Below, one piece after another: positions 35,991-44,916 of a DNA stretch of 60,176 nt. The stretch lies in assembly GCA_036001865.1 (NCBI GenBank), contig DASYTX010000096.1, positions 1-60,176 of the forward strand, given 5' to 3'. Position 1 is the stretch's first letter, and each line of letters begins with the position of its first letter. Made by a program: the position numbers and the translations under genes. This DNA comes from Terriglobales bacterium. Its GTDB lineage: Bacteria; Acidobacteriota; Terriglobia; Terriglobales; Acidobacteriaceae. The notes beneath the pieces were generated by a model. That model did not search any database, was not told the origin of the DNA, and worked only from the letters and a program-made list of their open reading frames with translations.

Positions 35991-36212
35991 GTGTACGTGT
36001 CTCGACTGAGAGGGAAGGTAAAGTGGTTCAACAACAGCAAGGGTTATGGTTTTATCGGGCGCGATGATGGCCCGGATGTGTTCGTGCATTACAGTGCCAT
36101 CTTGACCGAGGGTTACAAGAGTCTGCAGGAAGGGGATGATGTGGAGTTCGAGATCATCCAGGGGGACAGAGGTCCGCAAGCGGACCGGGTGACCAAGGCA
36201 AGCCTGAGCTAA
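35991..36212 (+). CDS. cold-shock protein, CspA family
   Basis: [15 protein letters not shown] is RNP1 and DVFVHYS is RNP2. The GTG start follows GGAGGAAAG. Confidence 0.9.
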   Translation: MYVSRLRGKVKWFNNSKGYGFIGRDDGPDVFVHYSAILTEGYKSLQEGDDVEFEIIQGDRGPQADRVTKASLS

Positions 36213-36230
36213 ATCATCCTCGTTTTCCTG

Positions 36231-36259
36231 ACCCAGCCGTAGGGCTGGGTTTCTTTTTT
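36231..36259 (+). terminator. rho-independent terminator of the csp gene
   Basis: The stem-loop ACCCAGCC-GTAG-GGCTGGGT is followed by TTCTTTTTT. Confidence 0.85.
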
Positions 36260-36324
36260 GCTTGCCTGTCCACTTCCGCGCCCGCCTCGCACCCTCTCGG
36301 CGAGATAGAATTCTTGGTTGCGTC

Positions 36325-38073
36325 ATGGCTGTTGTCGACAACAGGACGATCGCCAACATCTTCTACGAGACCGCTGACCTGATGGAGGTCCGCGGCGACG
36401 ATCCCTTCCGCGTGCGCTCCTACCGGCGCGCGGCCGAGGCCGTGGAGTCCATGCCTCAGCCCTTGGCCGAACTGGTCGAGGACCCTAAGAAACTGCTGGC
36501 CATCCCCGGCATTGGCAAAAGCATGTGCGAGCACATCCGAGAGATCTTCCACGAGGGCAGGCTGCAACTGCATTCCGACCTGCTGGGCAAATACCGCCCT
36601 TCCATGCTCGAACTGTTCAAGATCCAGGGGTTGGGACCAAAGACTATCGCCCTCATCTGGGACGCCTATCAGGTCTGTGACCCGGAGGGGGTCGAAAAGC
36701 TGGCGCGCGAGGGCAAGCTGCGAACCTTACCCCGCCTGGGGGAGAAGCAAGAACAGAAGATACTGAAGTCGATCGAACAGTACCGCAAGATCTCCGGACG
36801 CTTCCTGTTGGACGAAGCCGACCGCACTGCGCAGAAACTGGTTCAGCACCTGCTGGGGGCATCGGGCGTGGAGAAAATCACGCCTGCAGGATCATTGCGC
36901 CGCGGGCGCGAGACCGTGGGCGATCTCGACGTGCTGGTGACCGGAAAGGCTTCCACCGCTCCCGCGCAGCGCGAGGCCTTGACCAAGCGCATCCTGACGT
37001 TTCCCGGGATCCTTGAAACGATCGCCAAGGGCGAGAACAAAGTGAGCTTCAAGCTGCGCGGCGGGATGCAGGTGGACGTGCGCCTGCTGCCGCCGGACTC
37101 CTTCGGCGCTGCCATGCAGTACTTTACTGGGTCAAAGAACCATAACGTGGCCTTGCGGCAGCGCGCGCTGAAGATGGGCTACAGCCTCAGCGAGTACGAG
37201 CTGGCGCGGCTCAAGGACGAAAAGCGCGTGGCTGGAAAGACCGAAGAGGAGATCTACGAGAAACTGGCGCTCGATTTCATTCCTCCGGAAATGCGGGAGG
37301 CTTGCGGCGAAATCGAGCTGGCGGAAAAGCACGCCGTGCCCGCGCTGGTGGAACTGGCGGACATTCGCGGCGACGTCCACATGCACACCACCACCACCGA
37401 CGGCCGCTGCAGCATCGAGGAAATGGCGCGGGCCGCGCTCGAATGCGGTTACCAGTACATGGCCATCACTGATCACTCCAAGAGCCTGGCTTTCGCCAAT
37501 GGCTTGGACGACAAGCGTGCCGAGGAACACATCCGCAGAATCCGCGCCACAAAGGTGGACGGCATCCGCATCTTCGCCGGCATTGAGGTGGACATCCTGG
37601 CCGACGGCGACCTTGACCTCTCCGATTCGGTGCTCGAACAAATGGACCTGGTAATCGCCAGCGTCCACTCACACTTCCAACAAGAGGCGGCGAAGATGAC
37701 CGACCGCTTGCTGCGCGCCATCGCCAACCGCAACGTCTCCATCATCGGCCATCCCACGGGACGCATTCTGCTGCGGCGCGATGCCTACAATTTCGACATG
37801 GACGCGGTGCTCAAGGCGGCGGCAAAGCACAAAGTGGCCATGGAACTGAACGCCTATCCCGACCGCCTTGACCTCTGCGACCGTCACCTGCGATTGGCAA
37901 GGCAGCATGGGGTCAAGATCGTCATCAACACCGACTCGCATCACACCTCGCACCTGGAGAAGATCAGGTATGGAGTGTTGCAGGCCCGCCGCGCTTGGCT
38001 CACGAAACAGGATGTGCTGAACACGTTGCCGCCTGACAACTTTGCGCAAGCCATGAAGAAGCAGTGGCCGTAG
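36325..38073 (+). CDS. polX: family X DNA polymerase with a C-terminal PHP (3'-5' exonuclease/phosphoesterase) domain
   Basis: HhH motifs (IPGIGKSM, IQGLGPKT) and the Pol-beta core GSLRRGRETVGDLDVLV are present. The PHP domain shows GDVHMHTTTTDG..ITDHS..ASVHS..NTDSH. I prefer the ATG at 36325. Confidence 0.9.
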   Translation: MAVVDNRTIANIFYETADLMEVRGDDPFRVRSYRRAAEAVESMPQPLAELVEDPKKLLAIPGIGKSMCEHIREIFHEGRLQLHSDLLGKYRPSMLELFKIQGLGPKTIALIWDAYQVCDPEGVEKLAREGKLRTLPRLGEKQEQKILKSIEQYRKISGRFLLDEADRTAQKLVQHLLGASGVEKITPAGSLRRGRETVGDLDVLVTGKASTAPAQREALTKRILTFPGILETIAKGENKVSFKLRGGMQVDVRLLPPDSFGAAMQYFTGSKNHNVALRQRALKMGYSLSEYELARLKDEKRVAGKTEEEIYEKLALDFIPPEMREACGEIELAEKHAVPALVELADIRGDVHMHTTTTDGRCSIEEMARAALECGYQYMAITDHSKSLAFANGLDDKRAEEHIRRIRATKVDGIRIFAGIEVDILADGDLDLSDSVLEQMDLVIASVHSHFQQEAAKMTDRLLRAIANRNVSIIGHPTGRILLRRDAYNFDMDAVLKAAAKHKVAMELNAYPDRLDLCDRHLRLARQHGVKIVINTDSHHTSHLEKIRYGVLQARRAWLTKQDVLNTLPPDNFAQAMKKQWP

Positions 38074-38104
38074 AAGCAGTGGCCAATGGACAGTGGTCTA
38101 GTCG
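38058..38104. repeat. duplicated GAAGCAGTGGCC 12-mer plus a CAGTGGN-type heptamer run spanning the polX stop
   Basis: GAAGCAGTGGCC occurs at 38058-38069 and again at 38073-38084. It is followed by CAGTGGC CAATGGA CAGTGGT CTAGTCG (38077-38104). Confidence 0.65.
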
Positions 38105-38164
38105 CGGCGGCCAGGGTACCCGGTTCTTCGTTTCAGCATCTCAGAAAAACGGAAGGAGTTGCTA

Positions 38165-38758
38165 ATGGCTGAGAATGCAATCAAACCTGCCGCGGCCCCC
38201 GGACAAGAAAAGGCAGCCCCGCCTGACGCCGGGCATGTACCCATCACGGAAGAGATGGACAGCGCCAAGTGGACCCTTCCGCCGATAGCACCCGTGGCCG
38301 TCGCGCTGATTGCCCTCGCCGCCATCCTCGGCGCTTATTTGTGGCTGGGGCGGCCGAAGCCTGGAGCTGCGGCCACGATCAGCAAGGTGGCGGTCGCGGA
38401 ACAACAGGGCGGGAACGGTGTGATGGTGCTGCTCCACCTGCAGTTGCAGAACACTCATGAAAAGCCGCTATGGATTCGTGGCTTGAAGGCAACGCTCAAA
38501 ACCGACCAAGGCGAGTGGACGGATGTGGCCGCGTCCGTTGTGGACCACGAGCGCTATCTCGCCGCCTTCCCCGATTTGCGAGCGCACCAGATTGAACCAT
38601 TGCGGCCGGAAACCAAAATCGCCTCTGGTGGGGATGCTCAAGGCATGCTGATGGTGACCTTCCCGGTCTCGATGCAAGCCTTTGACGCGCGTAAGGGGCT
38701 CACCGTGACGGTCGATGCCTACGATCGCCGCCCGCTGGTGGTCAGCGAGGCGCGCTGA
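38165..38758 (+). CDS. hypothetical single-pass membrane protein with a beta-rich extracytoplasmic domain
   Basis: The ATG follows GGAAGGAG. The TM segment is LPPIAPVAVALIALAAILGAYLWL, and no catalytic motif was seen. Confidence 0.5.
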   Translation: MAENAIKPAAAPGQEKAAPPDAGHVPITEEMDSAKWTLPPIAPVAVALIALAAILGAYLWLGRPKPGAAATISKVAVAEQQGGNGVMVLLHLQLQNTHEKPLWIRGLKATLKTDQGEWTDVAASVVDHERYLAAFPDLRAHQIEPLRPETKIASGGDAQGMLMVTFPVSMQAFDARKGLTVTVDAYDRRPLVVSEAR

Positions 38759-39556
38759 CTATTGCGCCTGGGGCGGCGCGAGCGCCTTCGGTGTTGAGAG
38801 ATAGCCGGCAACCTTGTCCTTGTCCACGTTGAAGACAACCAGCTCATACATCTGGCGGTCCCGCCCGGTATAGAACTGCAGCGGCTCATAGACGGTCCGG
38901 TCTTTCTTCTCAACCGTGCGGTCGTCGGCGATTACGTTCAGCGTGAACTTGCCCTTCTTGGCATCGGTCTTCTTTAACTGCAGGCTGATGTTGTGCACGG
39001 CCACGGCGCGGTTGCCCTTGCTGAGGGTGAACTCGTAGTAGTTGCGGTCGCCACGGTGCTTCAGATAGTCAAGGTCGTCACGGGTGCGGGCGATCAAGCC
39101 GCTTTGCACGCCCAAGTCGCCGATAGCGCGCTCCAGTTTCAACTTCGTGGTTTCGAGCTCCGTCTTGACCGTGCCCACGTCGCTCTTGACAGCGCCCACC
39201 TCGGTGCGGACGCCGGCCACCTGCCCCGTCATCTCGCCCAGCTCCTGGCGCTGTTCGGCCAGACGAATCTCGGCGGCACGCTGCTGGCGCTGCAGTTCGG
39301 CGGTGCGGCGGGCGAGCTGCGTCTCCGTCATCCCTACTTTGGAGGCCAGCGCCTCATCCGCAGCTTTCAAAGAAGCCTGAGTGTCGGCCAGGCGCGCGTT
39401 CAGCTTTTCCTGCGCCAGAGCTGCGTTGCGTTCTATCTTGTCGACGCGGCCGCGCGTATCGATCAGCAGGTATAAAGAACCCACAACATAAACGGCAGCG
39501 ATGGCCAGCAGAACATACCTCAATCCGCCGCGCTGCTTTTCACTATCGCCTTCCAT
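38759..39556 (-). CDS. hypothetical membrane-anchored coiled-coil protein
   Basis: A TM segment (YVLLAIAAVYVVGSLYLLI) is followed by about 130 aa of heptad-like coiled coil with repeated VxxxVGxVKxE units, and then a beta-rich C-terminal domain. Confidence 0.5.
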   Translation of the reverse strand: MEGDSEKQRGGLRYVLLAIAAVYVVGSLYLLIDTRGRVDKIERNAALAQEKLNARLADTQASLKAADEALASKVGMTETQLARRTAELQRQQRAAEIRLAEQRQELGEMTGQVAGVRTEVGAVKSDVGTVKTELETTKLKLERAIGDLGVQSGLIARTRDDLDYLKHRGDRNYYEFTLSKGNRAVAVHNISLQLKKTDAKKGKFTLNVIADDRTVEKKDRTVYEPLQFYTGRDRQMYELVVFNVDKDKVAGYLSTPKALAPPQAQ

Positions 39557-39618
39557 GATTGCCCCTTGATGGGAATGGATTCCAGCTGCTCGCATTCTTT
39601 AGCAGAACTGCTGGAGTG

Positions 39619-39999
39619 TCAATTGGAGCGCATGCCGGAGCGCGTTTCCTGTGGCACCTGGAAATTCAGGATCGATGCGTCCAGCGCCCGCGCCCACGGG
39701 ATCTCCAGCCCATTCACGAAGGCCTTCTTGCGCGAAAGCCTGGCGGCAGCCTTGGCCACCTCGCGGAACTTCTCCAGCTCGGAAAAAGCATACGTAATGC
39801 GCAGGAAGCGCTGCCCGTTCTCTTGGTTCCACTCGGAACAGGCGCCATGCTGGAGCGCGATTTCCCGCACCTGCTCATACTGGGGAGACTCTTGATAATC
39901 GATGAGCACCGTCAGCCCGTCGAAACCCAGCATGAGACCGCAACCGTCACAGCGGGCATAAGCAGGCACCGAGGCCGAGCACCGCGGACAAATTGCCAT
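39619..39999 (-). CDS. hypothetical protein with an N-terminal zinc ribbon
   Basis: The N-terminus is MAICPRCSASVPAYARCDGCG (CxxC-x10-CxxC). The gene lies 62 nt upstream of the coiled-coil gene on the same strand. Confidence 0.4.
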   Translation of the reverse strand: MAICPRCSASVPAYARCDGCGLMLGFDGLTVLIDYQESPQYEQVREIALQHGACSEWNQENGQRFLRITYAFSELEKFREVAKAAARLSRKKAFVNGLEIPWARALDASILNFQVPQETRSGMRSN

Positions 40000-40413
40000 G
40001 CGACCTTCCTCCCTTCGCGAGTCGCCTGGAGACAGGCTCCTTATAGCAATTGTGCCTCGCCGATGGTGCACCGCGCAAGATTCCAGAATCAGGATGGATG
40101 CGCAGAGTTACGGGCGCGAAAGAGCCTATCGAGGGTGGATTGCGCCAGCAACTCTGGCCAGCATCAACTCTCGATTCTCGTTTCGAGCAGGTGCTTGGGC
40201 TCTCGAATTGCATAGGTGATTTGCGAAGTAGTCCCTTGAGAGAAAGGAGCCCCGAGCGGTAAGTTGCTCAAGGCGTAGCTCATCAACCGTTTATTCAAGT
40301 GCCCGCTCTGAGAGCGTGTGGGCACAATCTCCCGCCATATGATCCGGGGGACACACAGTGGGTACGCAGGTGCTCACAAGAACGATTCTGCTGCCCCACT
40401 TTCAGGAGAGACG

Positions 40414-41085
40414 ATGCAATTTCGCAAGCACTTATTGGTTCTCATCGCCCTGGCAATCGTGCTGACGCTGGCGTTGGCGCAGCAGGGCGGTCGAGCGGCG
40501 GTGCGCGTCCTCTCACCGAAAGCAGGCGAGAAGATCAGCAACACTTTCGTGAACGTCAAGTACGAGCTCGCCGCACCAGTCTCGGCGGCCGGTTCTCCGA
40601 CCTTTCAGCTTAGGCTTGACGGCCGTGATCCGGTTCGCACCACCGATACCGAGCATACCTTCACCGGCCTGGCGCCGGGCAGCCACAGGCTGTCGATCGA
40701 ACTAGTCGACGCCAACAATACTCCTCTACCTGGCAGTCGCGCTGAGTTGCAGTTTACCGTCGTGTCAGGTTCCGGCCGCCCCGGAACAACTTCCGGCACG
40801 CCATTGCGGACCGGCACAGGGCTGCAGGGAGCGGTGAGTTTCGGTACGCAGCCGCGCTTGCAGTATGCTTCTCTCCTGTGGCAAACCAACGCGGGGGGGC
40901 AGTACAAGGATGCGCAGCCGTACGAGACGCCTCTGCTCAGGACTAGTTCCCTGCCGCTGCTTTCGGTAATTGGTTTGGGCGTGCTGCTGGGCGGGATCGC
41001 CTCCGCCTTGCGCACCCGACAGAGCGGGCCCTGCCAGACACTAGCTTCGACGGTGACGCCGTCGCGAAATCCTGCATCGAATTAG
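40414..41085 (+). CDS. secreted Ig-like-domain protein with a C-terminal sorting-signal-like tail (candidate sortase substrate)
   Basis: The ATG follows AGGAGAG and the signal peptide is MQFRKHLLVLIALAIVLTLALAQQ. The C-terminus reads ..YETPLLRTSS-LPLLSVIGLGVLLGGIASAL-RTRQ.. The stop lies 2 nt before the sortase start. Confidence 0.6.
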   Translation: MQFRKHLLVLIALAIVLTLALAQQGGRAAVRVLSPKAGEKISNTFVNVKYELAAPVSAAGSPTFQLRLDGRDPVRTTDTEHTFTGLAPGSHRLSIELVDANNTPLPGSRAELQFTVVSGSGRPGTTSGTPLRTGTGLQGAVSFGTQPRLQYASLLWQTNAGGQYKDAQPYETPLLRTSSLPLLSVIGLGVLLGGIASALRTRQSGPCQTLASTVTPSRNPASN

Positions 41086-41087
41086 GC

Positions 41088-41804
41088 GTGCCCACGTCCC
41101 TGTTTAGTGTCGAGCAGCACCAGCCTGGTTTTCTGCGGCGATTGCGCGATAGTCTGCTGCCGCGCATTCAGGCGTGGCTGGTGGAAATCACGCCGGGGCG
41201 GGCGCTTTCGCTGATCCTGCTGCTGGTTGGCGCGGGCCTGCTGCTCTATGTTGCCTCACAGTACGCGACCATGTACCTGGAGCAGCGCAACCTGGCAGGG
41301 GAGTGGGCCGAACAGAACCGTGCGGGCGCCCCTGTGCTGCCCGCTGCGGGGGCGTTGAACGAGGGTCTCACCAAGGTCCGCATTTCCAAGATCAGCCTCG
41401 ACGCCATCGTGGTCGAGGGCACATCGAATCGACAACTGCTACTGGGCCCCGGGCACATGCCGGATACGCCGCCACCTGGCGAGGCCGGTAATTCCGTCAT
41501 CACCGCCCACCGCGACACCTTCTTCCGCCACATCTACGAGCTGAACAAGGGTGACGACATCGAGGTCCGCCGCAACGGCCGCCTCTACACCTACAAGGTC
41601 ACAGGGAAGAAAGTGGTCAAGCCAGAGGATCTTTCCGTGCTGCGCCAAACCCAAGACAAGCGCCTCACCCTCATCACCTGTTATCCCACCTACTACATTG
41701 GCCCCGCGCCGGAGCGGCTGGTGGTCTTTTCCAAGCTGGAAGACCCTGCCAGCGAAGCCGCTGGGAAGACCAGCATCGCTTCCAGCCCAAGTGGAAACCA
41801 ATAA
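41088..41804 (+). CDS. sortase (class E/D-like transpeptidase), membrane anchored
   Basis: The TM anchor is ALSLILLLVGAGLLLYV. The catalytic His lies in NSVITAHRD, the TLxTC motif is RLTLITCYP, and a downstream Arg occurs in PERLVVF. Confidence 0.85.
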   Translation: MPTSLFSVEQHQPGFLRRLRDSLLPRIQAWLVEITPGRALSLILLLVGAGLLLYVASQYATMYLEQRNLAGEWAEQNRAGAPVLPAAGALNEGLTKVRISKISLDAIVVEGTSNRQLLLGPGHMPDTPPPGEAGNSVITAHRDTFFRHIYELNKGDDIEVRRNGRLYTYKVTGKKVVKPEDLSVLRQTQDKRLTLITCYPTYYIGPAPERLVVFSKLEDPASEAAGKTSIASSPSGNQ

Positions 41805-41877
41805 CTCTGCCGCAGCCCTTTGTTCCGGGACGGCGTTGCCGAACTACCTCCTACCAGCGGGAAATTAGAATATCCGG

Positions 41878-42948
41878 GTGAAGAGTTGGGACGTTGCCAT
41901 CGTCGGCGGCGGCATCATCGGAGTGTCGCTGGCGCGAGCGCTGCACAAGCACGGCGCGTCAGTGCTGGTCGTTGAGCGCGGCGAGCCCGGACGCGAGGCC
42001 TCCTATGCCGCTGCTGGCATGCTGGCTCACTGCGACCCGCAGTTGCCGGAGCCGCTGCAACCTCTGGCTACTGCCAGCTTCGCCATGTACCGCGAGTTCG
42101 TCCACGAACTGGAGGACGAATCGGGTATGCGCGTGGACTTGCGCCTGGAAGGCTGCATCGCCTTTTTAGGTCAGCCCGCGGCTTTGTCAGCCTGCGCCCG
42201 TCCGCTGGGCGATCAAGAGGTGGCACAGCTGGAGCCCAAGCTGGGAGCGCAAGGGTGCCCCGCGTACTTTCTGCCCGAGGGCAGCGTGGACCCGCGAGCG
42301 CTGATCGCGGCCTCATTGAAGGCCGCCAAGCACCGCGGCATCGAAGTGGCGTTCGGTTCGCCGGCCACGGAAATCGAAGTCAGTGGCGGGCGCGCCGTGG
42401 CAGTGAAGGCGGCGAAAACCAAGTATCCCGCCGCGGTGATCGTCAACTGTTGCGGCGCATGGGCGGGCCAACTCGCTCCACATCACTTCCCTACGCGGCC
42501 GATCAAGGGCCAGATGCTGGCGCTGGTGCCTCCAGACTACGGCCCGCATGGCGCGCTTCTGCAGTACGTAGTCCGCGCCCCAGAAGCGTACATAGTGCCG
42601 CGCAGCGACGGGCGGACCATCTTGGGCTCGACTTTGGAGGATGTTGGCTTCGACAAACGGGTGGATGCCGGCACCATCCAGCGACTGCATCAGGCCGCGA
42701 CCAACCTGGTCCCGGAACTCGGCCAGGCGCGCATGCTGGAGTCGTGGGCGGGCCTGCGTCCGGGAACACCCGACCACCTGCCCATTCTGGGCGCCACGGC
42801 TACTCCCGGCTACTACGTGGCTGCCGGGCATTACCGCGACGGCATCCTGCTGGCCCCCATCACGGCACACCTGATGGACCAGGTCACGCGAGGACTGCCC
42901 CCCGACTTCGACCTCGGGTGCTTCTCCCCGGCACGGTTCGCAAGCTAA
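41878..42948 (+). CDS. thiO: FAD-dependent glycine oxidase-like oxidoreductase (ThiO/DAO family)
   Basis: The dinucleotide motif is DVAIVGGGIIGVSLARAL, and the C-terminal ..GHYRDGILLAP is typical of ThiO. The start codon is GTG. Confidence 0.75.
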   Translation: MKSWDVAIVGGGIIGVSLARALHKHGASVLVVERGEPGREASYAAAGMLAHCDPQLPEPLQPLATASFAMYREFVHELEDESGMRVDLRLEGCIAFLGQPAALSACARPLGDQEVAQLEPKLGAQGCPAYFLPEGSVDPRALIAASLKAAKHRGIEVAFGSPATEIEVSGGRAVAVKAAKTKYPAAVIVNCCGAWAGQLAPHHFPTRPIKGQMLALVPPDYGPHGALLQYVVRAPEAYIVPRSDGRTILGSTLEDVGFDKRVDAGTIQRLHQAATNLVPELGQARMLESWAGLRPGTPDHLPILGATATPGYYVAAGHYRDGILLAPITAHLMDQVTRGLPPDFDLGCFSPARFAS

Positions 42949-43145
42949 TGGTCACGGCCGCCGACATCCGCGAACACTACGACCCTCTGGCGTTTGTCTA
43001 CCGCACGTTCCGGGGCGACCACACCCTGCCGCCCAAATCCGTGCGCGATTTTGTGGGCGGCATCGATGTGATCCTCGACGCTTACTTCTCCGGCAGTCTT
43101 TCCTACACCGTCCTGGTTGCAGCGAAACAATTAGGAAAACTTTGA
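42948..43145 (+). pseudogene. 65-codon ORF resembling only the N-terminal segment of a class I SAM methyltransferase (possible remnant)
   Basis: The ATG overlaps the thiO stop (TAATG). MVTAADIREHYDPLAFVYRTFRGDH.. resembles the HYD..FY..FWG.H lead-in of CFA-synthase or sarcosine-MT-like enzymes. No SAM-binding GxGxG follows. Confidence 0.3.
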
Positions 43146-43245
43146 CGAAGCAGTCCCGACAATTCGGCCCAGCGTCGCGCAACTGCGCGCAATTTGTGGG
43201 GTATATACTTAAGAGTTTGATCAAATCCCTTCTGAGGTCGCATTC

Positions 43246-44625
43246 ATGTCTGCTGCTGCAGTTGATTTCGCCCGCCAGAACCAGCAGAGATTTCTATCTG
43301 AGCTCAAGGACCTGCTGCGCATCCCCAGCGTGAGCACCCTGCCGGAGCACAAAGAGGACGTGCGCAGGGCGGCGGAGTTCGTCGCCCAGGAGCTGAAGCG
43401 TATCGGATTCGAGCACGTCGAGACCATCCCCACGAAAGGCCACCCGCTCATCTATGCGGACTGGCTGCGCGCCCCCGGCAAGCCTACGGTGCTGTGTTAC
43501 GCGCACTATGACGTGCAGCCGCCCGATCCGCTGGACGAGTGGAAGTCGCCGCCCTTCGAACCCACCGAGCGCAACCAGAACCTTTACGCCCGCGGGGCGG
43601 TGGACGACAAGGGCCAACTCTGGATGCAGATCAAGGCCTTCGAAGCCATGATGAAGGCTGGCAACGGTAGTCTTCCTGTCAACGTGAAAGTCATCATCGA
43701 GGGTGAGGAGGAAGTCGGCGGCGAGGCCATCGCCAAGTACGTGCGCGAGCACGGCGATCGTTTGAAGGCGGACTTCGCCTTAGTCACTGACACGGAACTG
43801 TTCGCGCCGGAGCTGCCCACGCTTTGCGTCGGACTGCGCGGCCTGGTGTACACCGAGCTGGAGGCCGTCGGCGCCATGACCGATTTGCACTCCGGCATGT
43901 ACGGCGGCGCCGCGCCTAACCCGCTGTTCGCTCTCATCGAGATCATCAGCAAGCTCAAAGACTCCCAGGGCAAGGTCCTAATCCCCGGGTTCTATGACGA
44001 TGTCCGCGAACCCAGTAAGGATGAGCTGGAAGCCTGGAAACGCCTGCCCTTTGACGAGGAGGAGTACCGCCAGAAGGAAGTTGGATCCAAGGAACTGACG
44101 GGCGAGCCCGGCTACTCGGTGCTCTACCGCACCTGGGCGCGGCCGACGTTAGAGGTACACGGCATGCCCGGAGGCTTCACTGCCCCCGGCGCCAAGACAG
44201 TGATCCCGGCGCGAGCGTCGGCCAAGGTCTCCATGCGGCTGGTGCCAAACCAGAATCCGGACGACATCTTGGAAAAGTATAGCCGGTTCGTGAAGTCGCT
44301 CGTCCCGCGCGGCATCCAGCTCAATATTAAGGTGCACAGCAAGGGACCGTCGGTGGTGGTAGGCACCGACAATCGTTTCATCCGCGCCGCCACCGAGGCG
44401 CTACATGACGTCTTCAAGAAAGATACTGTCTTCATCCGCTCCGGCGGATCTATCCCCGTGGTCGCCGATTTTCAGAACGTGCTCAAGATTCCTAGCGTGA
44501 TGATGGGCATGGGGCTGCCTGACGACAACCTGCATGCCCCCAACGAGAAGTTTCACATCCCCAACTTCTATCGGGGGATCGAGGCCATCATCCGCCTTTT
44601 CGACAGGGTAGCGGCCCGCGGTTAG
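43246..44625 (+). CDS. M20-family dipeptidase (ArgE/DapE/ACY1-like)
   Basis: The metal ligands are seen in YAHYDVQP, ARGAVDDKG and IEGEEEVGG, with ..HAPNEKF.. near the C-terminus. Confidence 0.88.
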   Translation: MSAAAVDFARQNQQRFLSELKDLLRIPSVSTLPEHKEDVRRAAEFVAQELKRIGFEHVETIPTKGHPLIYADWLRAPGKPTVLCYAHYDVQPPDPLDEWKSPPFEPTERNQNLYARGAVDDKGQLWMQIKAFEAMMKAGNGSLPVNVKVIIEGEEEVGGEAIAKYVREHGDRLKADFALVTDTELFAPELPTLCVGLRGLVYTELEAVGAMTDLHSGMYGGAAPNPLFALIEIISKLKDSQGKVLIPGFYDDVREPSKDELEAWKRLPFDEEEYRQKEVGSKELTGEPGYSVLYRTWARPTLEVHGMPGGFTAPGAKTVIPARASAKVSMRLVPNQNPDDILEKYSRFVKSLVPRGIQLNIKVHSKGPSVVVGTDNRFIRAATEALHDVFKKDTVFIRSGGSIPVVADFQNVLKIPSVMMGMGLPDDNLHAPNEKFHIPNFYRGIEAIIRLFDRVAARG

Positions 44626-44886
44626 CCCGCGGATTGAAGGCACTAAAGGCGGAAGTGCAGTAACTTGCAGCTTTGCGTCAACCAAGTTGAAGTGCTCCAC
44701 CACGCCCGCGTGCCCGCAGCAGACGGTAAGTCAAAGGAAAATCATGGTTGGCCAGGCTCCCGGGCATTTGGAAGGTTAGCTGCTAAGTAGGTCCCAACGG
44801 CGCATTGCCATCCAAAGCTTGCGCCCAGCAGCGAACTCAGCGCCTAGAGCGATGTAACCGCATCTTCAACGCGCTTCTCCAACCGA

Positions 44887-44916
44887 AACCGGGCGAACCA
44901 GCCCGGTTCTTTTCTT
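44887..44916 (+). terminator. rho-independent-type terminator inside a 566-bp ORF-free gap
   Basis: The stem-loop AACCGGGC-GAACCA-GCCCGGTT is followed by CTTTTCTT. It lies 262 nt downstream of the M20 stop. Confidence 0.55.

Noticed and set aside
41805-41877. A possible TPP riboswitch upstream of thiO (GAACTACCTCCTACCAGCGGGAA vaguely resembles the thi-box)
   Set aside because: The spacer is only 73 nt. No CUGAGA element or P1-P3 pairing is evident, and the thi-box core ACCUGAUCUGGAUAAUGCCAGCG is not matched.
42255-42947. A long out-of-frame ORF (296 aa in the track) running through thiO
   Set aside because: It is Arg/Gly/Pro-rich and overlaps thiO on the same strand in another frame. Only its last 65 codons, after the thiO stop, could be independent, and I report those separately at low confidence.
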